From: an uncultured Myxococcales bacterium
Lineage (GTDB): Bacteria; Myxococcota_A; UBA9042; DTJE01
DNA: 64,000 nt
Reading direction: 5' to 3'
Assembly (NCBI GenBank): GCA_903847405.1
Contig: CAINDP010000142.1
Coordinates: 389 to 64,388 of the forward strand
In this document: in pieces, positions 10,619 to 20,379 of the stretch
How the letters are laid out: every line of letters starts with the position of its first letter
Position numbering within the stretch: position 1 is the stretch's first letter
Notes under the pieces: generated by a model
The model's database searches: none
Told to the model about the DNA's origin: nothing
What the model saw: the letters and a program-made list of their open reading frames with translations, nothing else
Position numbers and translations under genes: made by a program

Positions 10619-13600
10619 TCACTCCGCCTTGGTCCCGTCGGCCGGGGTCGGCTCGCCGTCCTTCGTCGGCATCGCCATGCGCGCGATCTGCTCGTAGACC
10701 GCGAAACGGTTCGCCTGCTCGCGCTGGGCCGTCTTCATCAGCGACTTGAAGTGCTCGGGGTTCTGGCGCTCCACCATGCGGAAGCGGGTTTCGTTCTTGG
10801 TGAACTCGGTCAGGTCGATCTTGGGCGCGCCCGAATCCATCATCAGCGGGCTGCCGCCCTGGGCGATGCGCCGCGGATCGAACCGGAACAGGGACCAGTG
10901 GCCCGAGTCGACGGCCAGGCGCTGCTGCTCGGGGCCGTTGGCCAGGTCGAATCCCTGGGCGATGCAGTGGCTGTAGGCGATGATGATCGAGGTGCCCGGG
11001 TAGGCGTCGGCTTCCTCGAACGCCTTGACCGTCTGGGCGTCCTTGGCCCCCATGGCGACCTTGGCGACGTACACGTTGCCGTAGGCCATCGCCATCATGG
11101 CGAGGTCCTTCTTGGCCGTGGTCTTGCCGGCCATCGCGAACTTGGCCGAGGCGCCCATCGGCGTGGCCTTCGAGGCCTGGCCGCCGGTGTTCGAGTACAC
11201 CTCGGTGTCCATGACCAGCAGGTTCACGTCACGGCCCTGCGCCAGCACGTGGTCCAGGCCGCCGTAGCCGATGTCGTAGGCCCATCCGTCGCCGCCCAGG
11301 ATCCACACGCTCTTCTTCACGAAGTAGTCGGCCAGGCTGTCCAGGCGGCGCGCCGCCGAACCCTCGATGCCCTTCAGGACTTCCCGCAGGGCGACCACGC
11401 GTTCGCGCTGGGCCTGGATGTCGGTTTCGGTGACCTGGGCCGCGTTCAGCAACCCGGACACCAGGTCGTCGCCGATGGATCCGGCGAGGGTCGTCATCAG
11501 GTGGCTCGCCAGGACCTTGTTCTGGTCGATGGCCAGCCGGTATCCGAAGCCGAACTCGGCGTTGTCCTCGAACAGGCTGTTGGACCACGCCGGGCCGCGG
11601 CCGTTCGCGTCCTTGCAGTAGGGCGTGGTGGGCAGGTTGCCGCCGTAGATCGAACTGCAGCCCGTCGCGTTCCCGATGATGGAACGATCGCCGAACATCT
11701 GGGACAGCAGCTTGACGTAGGGCGTTTCGCCGCAGCCCGCGCAGGCGCCGCTGTATTCGAACAGCGGGCGGAAGAACTGGGTGCCCTTGACCGTCGCCTT
11801 GATCTGCGTGCGGTCCGGATCGGGCAGCGCCAGGAAGAACTTGTAGTTCTCGCGCTCGGCCTCGCGCAGCGGCATCTGGGGCGCCATGTCCAGCGCCTTG
11901 TGCTTCGGGTTCGCCTTGTCCTTCGCCGGGCAGACCACCACGCACAGGGTGCAGCCGGTGCAGTCCTCGGGGGCGACCTGCAGCATGTACTTCCAGCCCT
12001 TGTACTCGCCGGCCTTGTAGTCCACCGACTTGAACGTCGCCGGGGCGTCCTTCAGCGCGTCGGGAGCGACGACCTTCGGGCGGATGGCGGCGTGGGGGCA
12101 GATGATCGCGCACTTGTTGCACTGGATGCAGATCGCGGGGTCCCACACCGGGATGTCCACGGCGATGTTGCGCTTTTCCCACTGCGTGGTGGCGGTCGGC
12201 CAGGTGCCGTCCACCGGGAACGCCGACACCGGCAGGCTGTCGCCGCGGTTCGACATCATCACGGCGGTGACGTTCTTGACGAAGTCGGGGGCGTCGTCCA
12301 CGACGGCCGGCGAGCGGCCGATGTCCGACGAAACCGCGGCCGGCAGGGCCACTTCATACAGGTGCGCCAGCGTGTGGTCCACGGCCTGGAAGTTCTGCTG
12401 GACGATGACGTCGCCCTTCTTGCCGTAGGTCTTCTTGATCGCCTTCTTGATCTGGGCGATGGCCTCGTCGCGCGGCAGGACGCCGGAGATCGCGAAGAAG
12501 CAGGTCTGCATGATGGTGTTGATCCGGACGCCCATGCCGGTTTCCTTGGCGACCTTGTAGGCGTCGATCGTGTACAGTTTCAGCTTCTTGGCCAGGATGT
12601 CCTGCTGGACTTCGCGCGGCATGTGGTTCCAGACGTCTTCCTTGTCGAACGGCGAGTTCACCAGGAACGTGGCGTTCGGCGCCGCGAACCCCAGCATGTC
12701 GTACTTGTCCAGGAACGACCAGTTGTGGCAGGCGACGAAGTTCGCCGTGCGAATCAGGTAGGCCGAACGGATGCGGCGCGGCCCGAAACGCAGGTGGCTG
12801 ATCGTGATCGCCCCGGCCTTCTTCGAGTCGTACACGAAGTAGCCCTGGCCGAAGTTGTCCGTTTCCTCGCTGATGATCTTGATGCTGTTCTTGTTGGCGC
12901 CGACGGTGCCGTCCGAACCCAGGCCGAAGAACACCGCCCGGACCACGTCGTTCGGCTCGATGTCGAAGTCGTGGTCGTAGGCCAGCGACAGGTGCGTGAC
13001 GTCGTCCTCGATGCCCACGGTGAAGTGGTTCTTCGGCTTCGCGGCCGACAGGTTGTCGAAGACCGACTTGACCATCGCGGGCGTGAATTCCTTGGAGGAC
13101 AGGCCGTAGCGGCCGGCCACCACTCGGGGTTCGACGGCGAAGGGCGAGGTGCCGTCGGCGCGGGCCTCGGCCAGCGTCGCCAGGATGTCCAGGTGCAGCG
13201 GCTCGGCCGGGGCGCCGGGCTCCTTGGTGCGATCCAGGATGGCGATGGACTTCGTGGTCGTGGGCAGCGCGGCCAGGAAGTCCTTGGTGGACCAGGGGCG
13301 ATACAGGCGGACGCAGACGATGCCGACCTTCTCGCCGCGGGCGTTGGCCCACTCGACGTATTCCTGCGCCATGTCGGCGCCGGAACCCATCAGGACCAGC
13401 ACGCGCTCGGCGTCGGGGGCGCCGACATAGTCGAACAGCTTGTAGTGGCGGCCCGTCAGGGCGCCGAAGCGGTCCATTTCCTGCTGGACGATGGCGGGGC
13501 ACCGGTCGTACCAGGGGTTGCAGGCTTCGCGGGCCTGGAAGAACGCGTCGGGGTTCTGGGCCGTGCCGCGAATCATCGGGCGGTCGGGCGACAGGGCGCG

Positions 13601-14218
13601 GGCGCGGTGTTCGGCGATCATGGATTCGTCCAGGATCGACAGCAGATCCTCGTCGGTCAGTTCCTCGATCTTCGCGACTTCGTGGGAGGTGCGGAAGCCG
13701 TCGAAGAAGTGCAGGAACGGCACGCGCGAGCGCAGCGTGGCGGCCTGGGAGATCAGCGCGAAGTCGTGGGCCTCCTGGACCGAGCACGACGACAGCATGG
13801 CGAAGCCGGTGTTGCGGCAGCCCATGACGTCCGAGTGGTCGCCGAAGATCGACAGGGCGTGCGCCGCCAGGGTGCGCGCCGAGACGTGCATCACGAACGA
13901 GGTCAACTCGCCCGCGATCTTGTGCATGTTGGGGATCATCAGCAGGAGGCCCTGGGAGGCCGTGAACGTCGTGGTCAGGGCGCCGGCCTGCAGCGCACCA
14001 TGCACGGCGCCGGCAGCGCCGCCTTCGGACTGCATTTCGGACACGCTGGGCACGATGCCCCAGATGTTCTTCCTGCCCTGCGCGGACCACTCGTCGGCCC
14101 ACTCGCCCATGTTGGACGAGGGCGTGATCGGATAGATCGCGATGACCTCGTTCGTCCGGTGAGCCACCGAGGCGGTGGCTTCGTTCCCGTCCAGAGTTAC
14201 CATGCGTCGGCTCGACAT
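10619..14218 (-). CDS. nifJ: pyruvate:ferredoxin (flavodoxin) oxidoreductase, single-chain PFOR
   Basis: 1199 aa. N-terminal PFOR domain, two 4Fe-4S ferredoxin motifs (CIQCNKCAIICP, CTGCTLCVVVCP), C-terminal TPP-binding domain (GGDGWAYDIGYGGLDH). Confidence 0.95.
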   Translation of the reverse strand: MSSRRMVTLDGNEATASVAHRTNEVIAIYPITPSSNMGEWADEWSAQGRKNIWGIVPSVSEMQSEGGAAGAVHGALQAGALTTTFTASQGLLLMIPNMHKIAGELTSFVMHVSARTLAAHALSIFGDHSDVMGCRNTGFAMLSSCSVQEAHDFALISQAATLRSRVPFLHFFDGFRTSHEVAKIEELTDEDLLSILDESMIAEHRARALSPDRPMIRGTAQNPDAFFQAREACNPWYDRCPAIVQQEMDRFGALTGRHYKLFDYVGAPDAERVLVLMGSGADMAQEYVEWANARGEKVGIVCVRLYRPWSTKDFLAALPTTTKSIAILDRTKEPGAPAEPLHLDILATLAEARADGTSPFAVEPRVVAGRYGLSSKEFTPAMVKSVFDNLSAAKPKNHFTVGIEDDVTHLSLAYDHDFDIEPNDVVRAVFFGLGSDGTVGANKNSIKIISEETDNFGQGYFVYDSKKAGAITISHLRFGPRRIRSAYLIRTANFVACHNWSFLDKYDMLGFAAPNATFLVNSPFDKEDVWNHMPREVQQDILAKKLKLYTIDAYKVAKETGMGVRINTIMQTCFFAISGVLPRDEAIAQIKKAIKKTYGKKGDVIVQQNFQAVDHTLAHLYEVALPAAVSSDIGRSPAVVDDAPDFVKNVTAVMMSNRGDSLPVSAFPVDGTWPTATTQWEKRNIAVDIPVWDPAICIQCNKCAIICPHAAIRPKVVAPDALKDAPATFKSVDYKAGEYKGWKYMLQVAPEDCTGCTLCVVVCPAKDKANPKHKALDMAPQMPLREAERENYKFFLALPDPDRTQIKATVKGTQFFRPLFEYSGACAGCGETPYVKLLSQMFGDRSIIGNATGCSSIYGGNLPTTPYCKDANGRGPAWSNSLFEDNAEFGFGYRLAIDQNKVLASHLMTTLAGSIGDDLVSGLLNAAQVTETDIQAQRERVVALREVLKGIEGSAARRLDSLADYFVKKSVWILGGDGWAYDIGYGGLDHVLAQGRDVNLLVMDTEVYSNTGGQASKATPMGASAKFAMAGKTTAKKDLAMMAMAYGNVYVAKVAMGAKDAQTVKAFEEADAYPGTSIIIAYSHCIAQGFDLANGPEQQRLAVDSGHWSLFRFDPRRIAQGGSPLMMDSGAPKIDLTEFTKNETRFRMVERQNPEHFKSLMKTAQREQANRFAVYEQIARMAMPTKDGEPTPADGTKAE

Positions 14219-14506
14219 CGTCTACTCCTTCGTGAACCGCATTCCGGGGGACCCGCGCTGGTCCGTTTAACAAGCGGAATCAGGCACTTGGCCCACCCCG
14301 CAGCCCGGCCGGAGTGTAGGAGCATGGCCTTGTTTTGTCAAGACCAATCCGACCGGATCCGGGCCATGAATGCGGGTTTGAGGGGAACGGAACACCCCGT
14401 AGACGTGGACGACCCGTCGTCGATGTCCCCGAACGGCCACCTTACGGTGTCGAGTACTGACAGCAATGCTACAATGTCGCCCCGCGTGGTCCCCGGAGGA
14501 TTGGAC

Positions 14507-15157
14507 ATGCCCGGTCAACTGGTCCTTGCGTCCGCATCCCCCCGACGCAAGGAACTACTGGAAAAAGTGGGCTTTTCGGTCAAGCCGATGCCCTCCACGA
14601 TCGACGAGGAACGGTTGCTGGCCGAACCCGCCGAAACCTTTGTCAAGCGAATGGCCCGCTCGAAGGTGCTCACCGTCGTCGAACGGATCCAGCAGACGCT
14701 GTACCCGGATGGGGAAACCGCCCGCCTGGGAGCCCGCCTGTCCCGCGAGGCGCCGCTGCGCTGGGTCCTGGGCGCCGACACGGTCGTGGTCCTCGGGGAC
14801 GAGATCCTCGGAAAGCCCATCGACCACGAGGACGCGGCCCAGATGCTGCTGCGCCTGCAGGGCACCGAGCACTTCGTGCTGACGGGCTTCTGCCTGTACG
14901 ACATGCGCAAGAACAAGGAAGGCATCCAGGCGGTGACCACCCAGGTCCGCTTCAAGCCGATGACCCGCGGCGAGGTCGAAAAGTACCTGTCCGTGGGCGA
15001 GTCGATGGACAAGGCCGGCTCGTACGCGATCCAGGGCGTCGGCGGCTACATCGTCGACGGCATCGTGGGCTCCTACACCAACGTCGTCGGCCTCCCGCTC
15101 TGCCAGGTGGTCGAAATGATGGCCGAAATGGGCGGGACGGATATTCTGCCTTTCTAG
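14507..15157 (+). CDS. maf: Maf-like nucleoside triphosphate pyrophosphatase (septum formation protein Maf)
   Basis: 216 aa, LVLASASPRRKELL...GSYAIQG motifs. ATG preceded by GGAGGA. It is the only protein-like part of a 1578-aa antisense-to-PFOR track ORF. Confidence 0.9.
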   Translation: MPGQLVLASASPRRKELLEKVGFSVKPMPSTIDEERLLAEPAETFVKRMARSKVLTVVERIQQTLYPDGETARLGARLSREAPLRWVLGADTVVVLGDEILGKPIDHEDAAQMLLRLQGTEHFVLTGFCLYDMRKNKEGIQAVTTQVRFKPMTRGEVEKYLSVGESMDKAGSYAIQGVGGYIVDGIVGSYTNVVGLPLCQVVEMMAEMGGTDILPF

Positions 15158-15166
15158 GGGTGGGGC

Positions 15167-15877
15167 GTGAACGCGCGCGAAACCGAAATCGCCGAAAACC
15201 TGGACCGGGTACGCCAGCGCATCGCCGACGCCTGCGCCGCCTGCGGACGGGACCCGTCCGAGGTGCTCCTGGTCGGCGTCGCGAAGACCCGCCCCGCCGA
15301 CGACGTCATCGCCGCCGTCTGGGCCGGGCTCGAGGACGTGGGGGAGAACTACGCCCAGGAACTGGCCGCGAAGGCACAACTGGTGCTGGATGCGGGCCTC
15401 AGGCCGCGCTGGCATTTCCTGGGCGGCCTGCAGACGAACAAGGTCAAGATGGTCCTGCCCTGGGCGGGCGCCGTCCACTCGGTGGACCGGCCCTCCCTGG
15501 CCGACGAAATCTCGAAGCGCTCCGACCCGAACCGCCCGACCGACGTGTTCGTCGAAGTGAACATCGGTGGCGAGGCCTCGAAATCCGGCGTGGCCGTGGC
15601 CGGCGCCCAGGACCTCTGCCGCCGCATCCTGGGCCTGCCGGGGATGAACCTCGTGGGCCTGATGGCGATCCCCCCGGTCGAGGACGACCCCGTGGCGGCG
15701 CGCCCGTGGTTCCAGGCCCTGCGGCACCTCCGGGAGTCCCTCGTGGAATCCCTCCAGCCGCCGCCGCACCTGCTGCGCCACCTGTCGATGGGGATGTCGG
15801 GCGACTTCGAGTCGGCCATCGCCGAGGGCGCCTCGGTCGTCCGCGTCGGAACGGCGATCTTCGGATCGCGGAAATGA
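15167..15877 (+). CDS. yggS: YggS family pyridoxal-phosphate homeostasis protein
   Basis: 236 aa alanine-racemase-fold PLP protein (VGVAKT...HFLGGLQTNK...MGMSGDFE). GTG start 10 nt after the maf stop. Confidence 0.9.
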   Translation: MNARETEIAENLDRVRQRIADACAACGRDPSEVLLVGVAKTRPADDVIAAVWAGLEDVGENYAQELAAKAQLVLDAGLRPRWHFLGGLQTNKVKMVLPWAGAVHSVDRPSLADEISKRSDPNRPTDVFVEVNIGGEASKSGVAVAGAQDLCRRILGLPGMNLVGLMAIPPVEDDPVAARPWFQALRHLRESLVESLQPPPHLLRHLSMGMSGDFESAIAEGASVVRVGTAIFGSRK

Positions 15878-17958
15878 ACACCCCCCCTCCCGAACCCGAA
15901 GGCGCCCGCAGCCGGATCGCCCTGGCCGCCGAGGCGCTGTTCGTGCTGGCGGTCCTTGCGGCCGTGTTCGTCTACAGTTTCCGTCCGAACTGGGATATCG
16001 ACATCTTCTGGCACATCGCGACGGGGCGCTGGATCAGCGACAACCTCGCCCTGCCCCGCACCGACCTCTTTTCGGCCACGGACCCGTCGCGCCCCTGGCA
16101 TACCTTCCAGTGGCTGTACGAGGTCCTCGTCTACCAGGTCGAGGCGCGCGCCGGCTTCGTCTGGGTCCGCCTCCTGCACACGGGCCTGTTCGTCGCCGCC
16201 TTCGCCCTGTGGTGGCGCACGTTCCGCCAAACGATTCCCGGGCGGGTTGCCGCGGCCTTCCTGCTGATCCTGGCGCTGGTCCTGTCGGGCGACCGGTTCC
16301 GGGTGCGTCCCGAGGTGTTCAATTTCTTCTTCGCGGCGCTGACCCTGCCGGCACTGCTGGGGTGGGGCGAGGTCGACGGCCGCCCGCGCAGGCGGACGCT
16401 GGCCCTGGTGGGCGTGGTGGCGGCCTTCTGGGCGAACATCCACGCAGGCGGGGCCCTGTGGCTGGTGATGTCCGCGGCGGCCGTGGCCTGCGGCAGGTTC
16501 GTCGCGTGGCTGGCGGACCCGGCCGATCGGGACGTGCGGCGGCGCCTCGGGGGCAGCCTCATGCTGGCGGCCGCGGCAACGCTGCCCATGCTGCCCATGC
16601 CCGGGTTCGTGGTTGGGGTCGTGACGGCCTTCACCATGTACGAAGGCAGCATGGCCCTCATCCCGGAGTGGCACCCGCCGGCCGCCTACTTCCAGGCGTC
16701 GATGGCGGGCAATCTGACGTTCCACCATGTCGTCTGCGGGCTGGTGCCGTACCTGGTCCTGGCCGGCGTCGGGGCCCTGGTCATCGCCGGGCTTCTGCGG
16801 CACACCTGGCGGGGATTCGTCCGGCGGACCGACCCGGGCCTGGTGGCCCTGGCCGGGCTGATGGCCCTCCTGGCGGCCCACACGGCGCGCTTCATCTACC
16901 TCGACGCGCTGGCACTGGCCGCCCTGGCGGTCGCGTATCGCGGGCGACTGGCGGCATCCCTGTCGTCGGTCGGGGTGAAACTGGGCGTCCTGGTCGCCAC
17001 GATGGCCCTGGCGGGCGTGTCCTACCAGAAATCCATCGTTGTCGACCGGCACGGCCTGACGCGCGCGGTGTCCGGAATGGCGAACGACCTGGAGCCGGAC
17101 ACCTTCCCCGTCGCCGCCTCCGACACCATCGCGGCCATGGGGCTGCAGGGCCGCATCCTGCAGTTCGCGTCGTGGGGCGGGTACCTGATCGGAAGGCACT
17201 GGCCGGACTGCACCGTGTTTTCCGACGGGCGCGGCAACTTCACGGACGACGAGCGGCTGGTGATCGAGGAAACCGGGGCGCCCTACCGGCGCGCGGAGGC
17301 CCTCGAGGCGGCGTGGCGGAAGTACCCGTTCGACATCGTGGTCTTCCCGCCGCCGGTATTCCCCCTGCTGACCTGGGACCGGGCCGACTGGATGCTGATC
17401 CACCGGGACGCGACCGCCGAGGTCTTCCTGCGCCTGTCCCCCGGCAACGCCACGAACCTGCAACGCGCCCTGGCCTGGTGGCGCGCCGTGGGGCTCGACG
17501 TTCCCGACGCCCCCGCGGACGCCGAGCGGGACTACCTCGCGGTGCTGTCGGAGCAGCACCTCCGGCGGGAGGACGTGCACCTGTCCCTGGAAAACGCCGC
17601 GGCGCGGGCCGAATCCGAGGACCCGCGCACCGCGACGGCGGGGTCATTCGAGGTGGCGATGATCCTCTTCGATTCGGGGCGCTACGACCTCGCGGCGACG
17701 TACTTCCGGAAGTCCCTCGACAGCGGGTTCCGCCACAGCACCAGCGGGTTGTACCTGGCGTGGTCCCTGTTCCTGGACGGCGACGTCGCCCGGGCCCGGA
17801 CGGCCCTGGTGGACACGGTCCTGGCCCCGGACCTGCAGTCCCGGCGCGACTTCGGCCCGCTGCGGTTCAAGGGACGCAAGATCCTCGATCTGCTGTCCGC
17901 CCGCCTCGGCTTCTCCTCCACGCCCCCTGCCCCTCCCTCCCCCGCCCCTCCCCCCTGA
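15874..17958 (+). CDS. polytopic membrane protein with C-terminal TPR-like domain (putative GT-C-type glycosyltransferase-like)
   Basis: ATG overlaps the yggS stop (ATGA). ~11 predicted TM helices (DIDIFWHIATGRWI...), then a soluble helical/TPR-like C-terminal region. Confidence 0.6.
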   Translation: MNTPPPEPEGARSRIALAAEALFVLAVLAAVFVYSFRPNWDIDIFWHIATGRWISDNLALPRTDLFSATDPSRPWHTFQWLYEVLVYQVEARAGFVWVRLLHTGLFVAAFALWWRTFRQTIPGRVAAAFLLILALVLSGDRFRVRPEVFNFFFAALTLPALLGWGEVDGRPRRRTLALVGVVAAFWANIHAGGALWLVMSAAAVACGRFVAWLADPADRDVRRRLGGSLMLAAAATLPMLPMPGFVVGVVTAFTMYEGSMALIPEWHPPAAYFQASMAGNLTFHHVVCGLVPYLVLAGVGALVIAGLLRHTWRGFVRRTDPGLVALAGLMALLAAHTARFIYLDALALAALAVAYRGRLAASLSSVGVKLGVLVATMALAGVSYQKSIVVDRHGLTRAVSGMANDLEPDTFPVAASDTIAAMGLQGRILQFASWGGYLIGRHWPDCTVFSDGRGNFTDDERLVIEETGAPYRRAEALEAAWRKYPFDIVVFPPPVFPLLTWDRADWMLIHRDATAEVFLRLSPGNATNLQRALAWWRAVGLDVPDAPADAERDYLAVLSEQHLRREDVHLSLENAAARAESEDPRTATAGSFEVAMILFDSGRYDLAATYFRKSLDSGFRHSTSGLYLAWSLFLDGDVARARTALVDTVLAPDLQSRRDFGPLRFKGRKILDLLSARLGFSSTPPAPPSPAPPP

Positions 17959-17960
17959 CC

Positions 17961-18005
17961 GTCGACGTGGACCTGCACGTGGACGTGGACGTCGACGTGG
18001 ACGAC
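17961..18005. repeat. hexamer tandem repeat (GACGTG/GACGTC/CACGTG)x7 in an intergenic region
   Basis: gtcgacgtggacctgcacgtggacgtggacgtcgacgtggacgac immediately after the stop at 17958. Contains the palindromic cores CACGTG and GACGTC. Confidence 0.7.
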
Positions 18006-18045
18006 TTCCCCCTTCCGCCCCCTGCCCCTTGATATCGGCCCCGCT

Positions 18046-19056
18046 TTGGGCAATCCTCCGCATTCGTCCTCTTCGGGAGTCCCGACCTTGGCGCACCTCA
18101 TCGACACCTTGCTGCTGCTGGCCCTGCCCGCTTCCGGGAAGTCCGAGGTCCGAACGTTCCTGGCGTCCCACCGCGACGAGGACTGCCAGAGCGCGTTCCA
18201 CCTGGGTCCGACGGTCCAGTTGGACGACTACCCCTACGTCCACCTGATGCGGCGGATCGACGACGAGGCCGAGGGTCTGGGCCTGGTCCGGCCGTTCTTC
18301 CATGCCGGGGACCGCCCCTTCAAGGACGGACGGGACTGGCTGACGCTGGTGGAACTGCTGAACCAGGACTACGCGGCCCTGCACCGGCCCGCCTACGCCC
18401 TGCCGCCGAACGCGGCCGAACACCTGTACGGTCGGATCGAGGCGGCGGCGGCGAAACACGGCATCCCGCCCCGGATCGGCAGCCTGCCCCAGGCCGACCG
18501 CATCCGGCTTTTCACCCTCCTGGAGCCCGAATGTCGCGGGGCGATCAGCGACTTGATTGCCGCCATCCCCGCGTCCCTGGAAGGCCGGACGATCGTGATC
18601 GAGTTCGCCCGCGGCGGACCGGACGGCTCGTCGATGCCCCTGCCGGACCCGCTGGGCTACCGCGCGTCCCTGGCCCGGTTGTCCCCCGAACTGCTGGAAC
18701 GCGCCTCCATCCTGTACATCTGGGTCACGCCCCAGGACTCGCGCCGCAAGAACGTCGAGCGCACCGATCCGAACGATCCCGGGTCCATCCTGAACCACGG
18801 CGTGCCGATCGAAGTGATGATGAAGGACTACGGGTGTGACGACATGGCCTGGCTGATCCAGCAGTCCGCGCATCCGGGCACGGTCACCGTCGAGGCCCAA
18901 GGGCGCACCTTCCAGGTGCCGGTGGCGCGCTTCGACAACCGGGACGACCTCACGACCTTCGTGCGCGGCGCCCGGGACCGGTGGCAGGACGCACAGGCGA
19001 CGCGGCTGCGGGACGGCCTGCGGGACGCCCTCGCGGTCCTGGTCGAAACTCCCTGA
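18046..19056 (+). CDS. hypothetical P-loop kinase-like protein (AAA_33-like Walker A)
   Basis: LLLLALPASGKSE Walker A-like motif (A-x4-GKS) near the N-terminus. No further family assignment possible from sequence alone. Confidence 0.5.
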   Translation: MGNPPHSSSSGVPTLAHLIDTLLLLALPASGKSEVRTFLASHRDEDCQSAFHLGPTVQLDDYPYVHLMRRIDDEAEGLGLVRPFFHAGDRPFKDGRDWLTLVELLNQDYAALHRPAYALPPNAAEHLYGRIEAAAAKHGIPPRIGSLPQADRIRLFTLLEPECRGAISDLIAAIPASLEGRTIVIEFARGGPDGSSMPLPDPLGYRASLARLSPELLERASILYIWVTPQDSRRKNVERTDPNDPGSILNHGVPIEVMMKDYGCDDMAWLIQQSAHPGTVTVEAQGRTFQVPVARFDNRDDLTTFVRGARDRWQDAQATRLRDGLRDALAVLVETP

Positions 19057-19063
19057 CCCGGGT

Positions 19064-20359
19064 TCACCGCGACGCGGCCTCGACCTTCGTCTTCAGCGCC
19101 TTCCAGCGGATGCAGGGGAACGTCGTCGCGCCGCGGCCCGTGCAGGCCTTGTCCCTGGCCCGCTCCAGTTGCGGCAGCAGGGCCCGCATCCGCGCCTTCG
19201 CGTCGTCGGCGTACCCGGAATCCAGGGGAATCGAGAAGAGGTCCTGCACCACTTCCTCGAGCCGGCCATCGTCCAGGGCCCTGTCGGCATCCCTCAAGGC
19301 TGCCCGGGCCAGGCTTTCCAGGTCCAGCCGGTTCGTCAGCCGGACGGCTTCGGCGTTCGCGGGCTCCAGGGCCAGCGCGGCGGCGACCTCCTTTCGGGCC
19401 TCCTCCAGGCGGCGGCCGGCGAGGAGCGACCGCGCCTGGGCCAGGGCGCCGGCAACGGCTCCGGCGACTGCGGGACTTTCGGGCGGAAGGGTCCCCGCCG
19501 CGGGGGACGTCGTCGATGGCGCCTGGGAGCCGGGCATCGTCGCGGATTGCGGCGGGGTCGACGCCGATTCGTACCGCTCCCGCCGGGAATCGAGGTGGGG
19601 CAGGACCAGCGCCAGCAGCGCGACCAGCAGCATGACCAGCAGGGCAACGGCCGCGGCGACGATGGCCCGGGGGAAGGCCGACCTCAGCCACCTCCGCATC
19701 CGCGAAGGCAGCGCGGGCATCTGGACGGTGCTGGAGCCGGGCAGTTCCACCAGGAACTCCACGCTCCCGAACCGCACGCGATCGCCCCCCGAAAGCTGCC
19801 ACACCTTGACGCGCTTGTCGTTGACGAACAGCCCGTTGGCGCTCCCGACGTCCTCGACCAGCACGGCGCCGTCCGGCCTGACCAACAGGCGGGAATGCAC
19901 CCGGGACACCGACGGATCCACCAGGACCAGCCCGCAATCCCGCCCGCGGCCGACCAGGGTGGTCGTTTCGACGATCTCCAGGGTCTGGTCCATCGCGCCC
20001 TGGGACTTCCCGACCAGCCGGGCGTGGACGATGCGCTCCTCGGTGCCCGACCGCCCTCCCCGCACCCGCAGGTTGAAGTCCCCGACCCGGACCGTGTCCC
20101 CGTCCCGCAGTTCCGTGCGCCCGTCGATGCGCTCCCCGTCGACCCACAGGCCGTTCGAGGACCCGGCGTCCTCCACGAACAGGCGCCCCTCTTCCACGAA
20201 CAGGCGCGCGTGCTGGCGGGAAACGTTCTCGGAGGGCAGGACGACGTCGCACTGGCGACTGCGCCCGACGATCAACTGGCCGGCATCGAACACGTACTCG
20301 TCCGTGACGGTGCCGAACCGGTCTTCGAGGATGAGGGTCCAGGAGGGGCGGGAGGCCAT
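19064..20359 (-). CDS. tandem FHA-domain protein with one TM helix and C-terminal TPR-like helical domain
   Basis: Two FHA cores (GRSRQCDVVL...SRQHARL...SNGLWVDGERI and GRGRDCGLVL...SRVHSRL...ANGLFVNDKRV), a TM segment (IVAAAVALLVMLLVALLALVL), then an Ala/Leu-rich repeat region. ATG at 20359 with GGGGAG RBS. Confidence 0.75.
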   Translation of the reverse strand: MASRPSWTLILEDRFGTVTDEYVFDAGQLIVGRSRQCDVVLPSENVSRQHARLFVEEGRLFVEDAGSSNGLWVDGERIDGRTELRDGDTVRVGDFNLRVRGGRSGTEERIVHARLVGKSQGAMDQTLEIVETTTLVGRGRDCGLVLVDPSVSRVHSRLLVRPDGAVLVEDVGSANGLFVNDKRVKVWQLSGGDRVRFGSVEFLVELPGSSTVQMPALPSRMRRWLRSAFPRAIVAAAVALLVMLLVALLALVLPHLDSRRERYESASTPPQSATMPGSQAPSTTSPAAGTLPPESPAVAGAVAGALAQARSLLAGRRLEEARKEVAAALALEPANAEAVRLTNRLDLESLARAALRDADRALDDGRLEEVVQDLFSIPLDSGYADDAKARMRALLPQLERARDKACTGRGATTFPCIRWKALKTKVEAASR

Positions 20360-20379
20360 GGTTGCTCCCCCGAGGGGGC

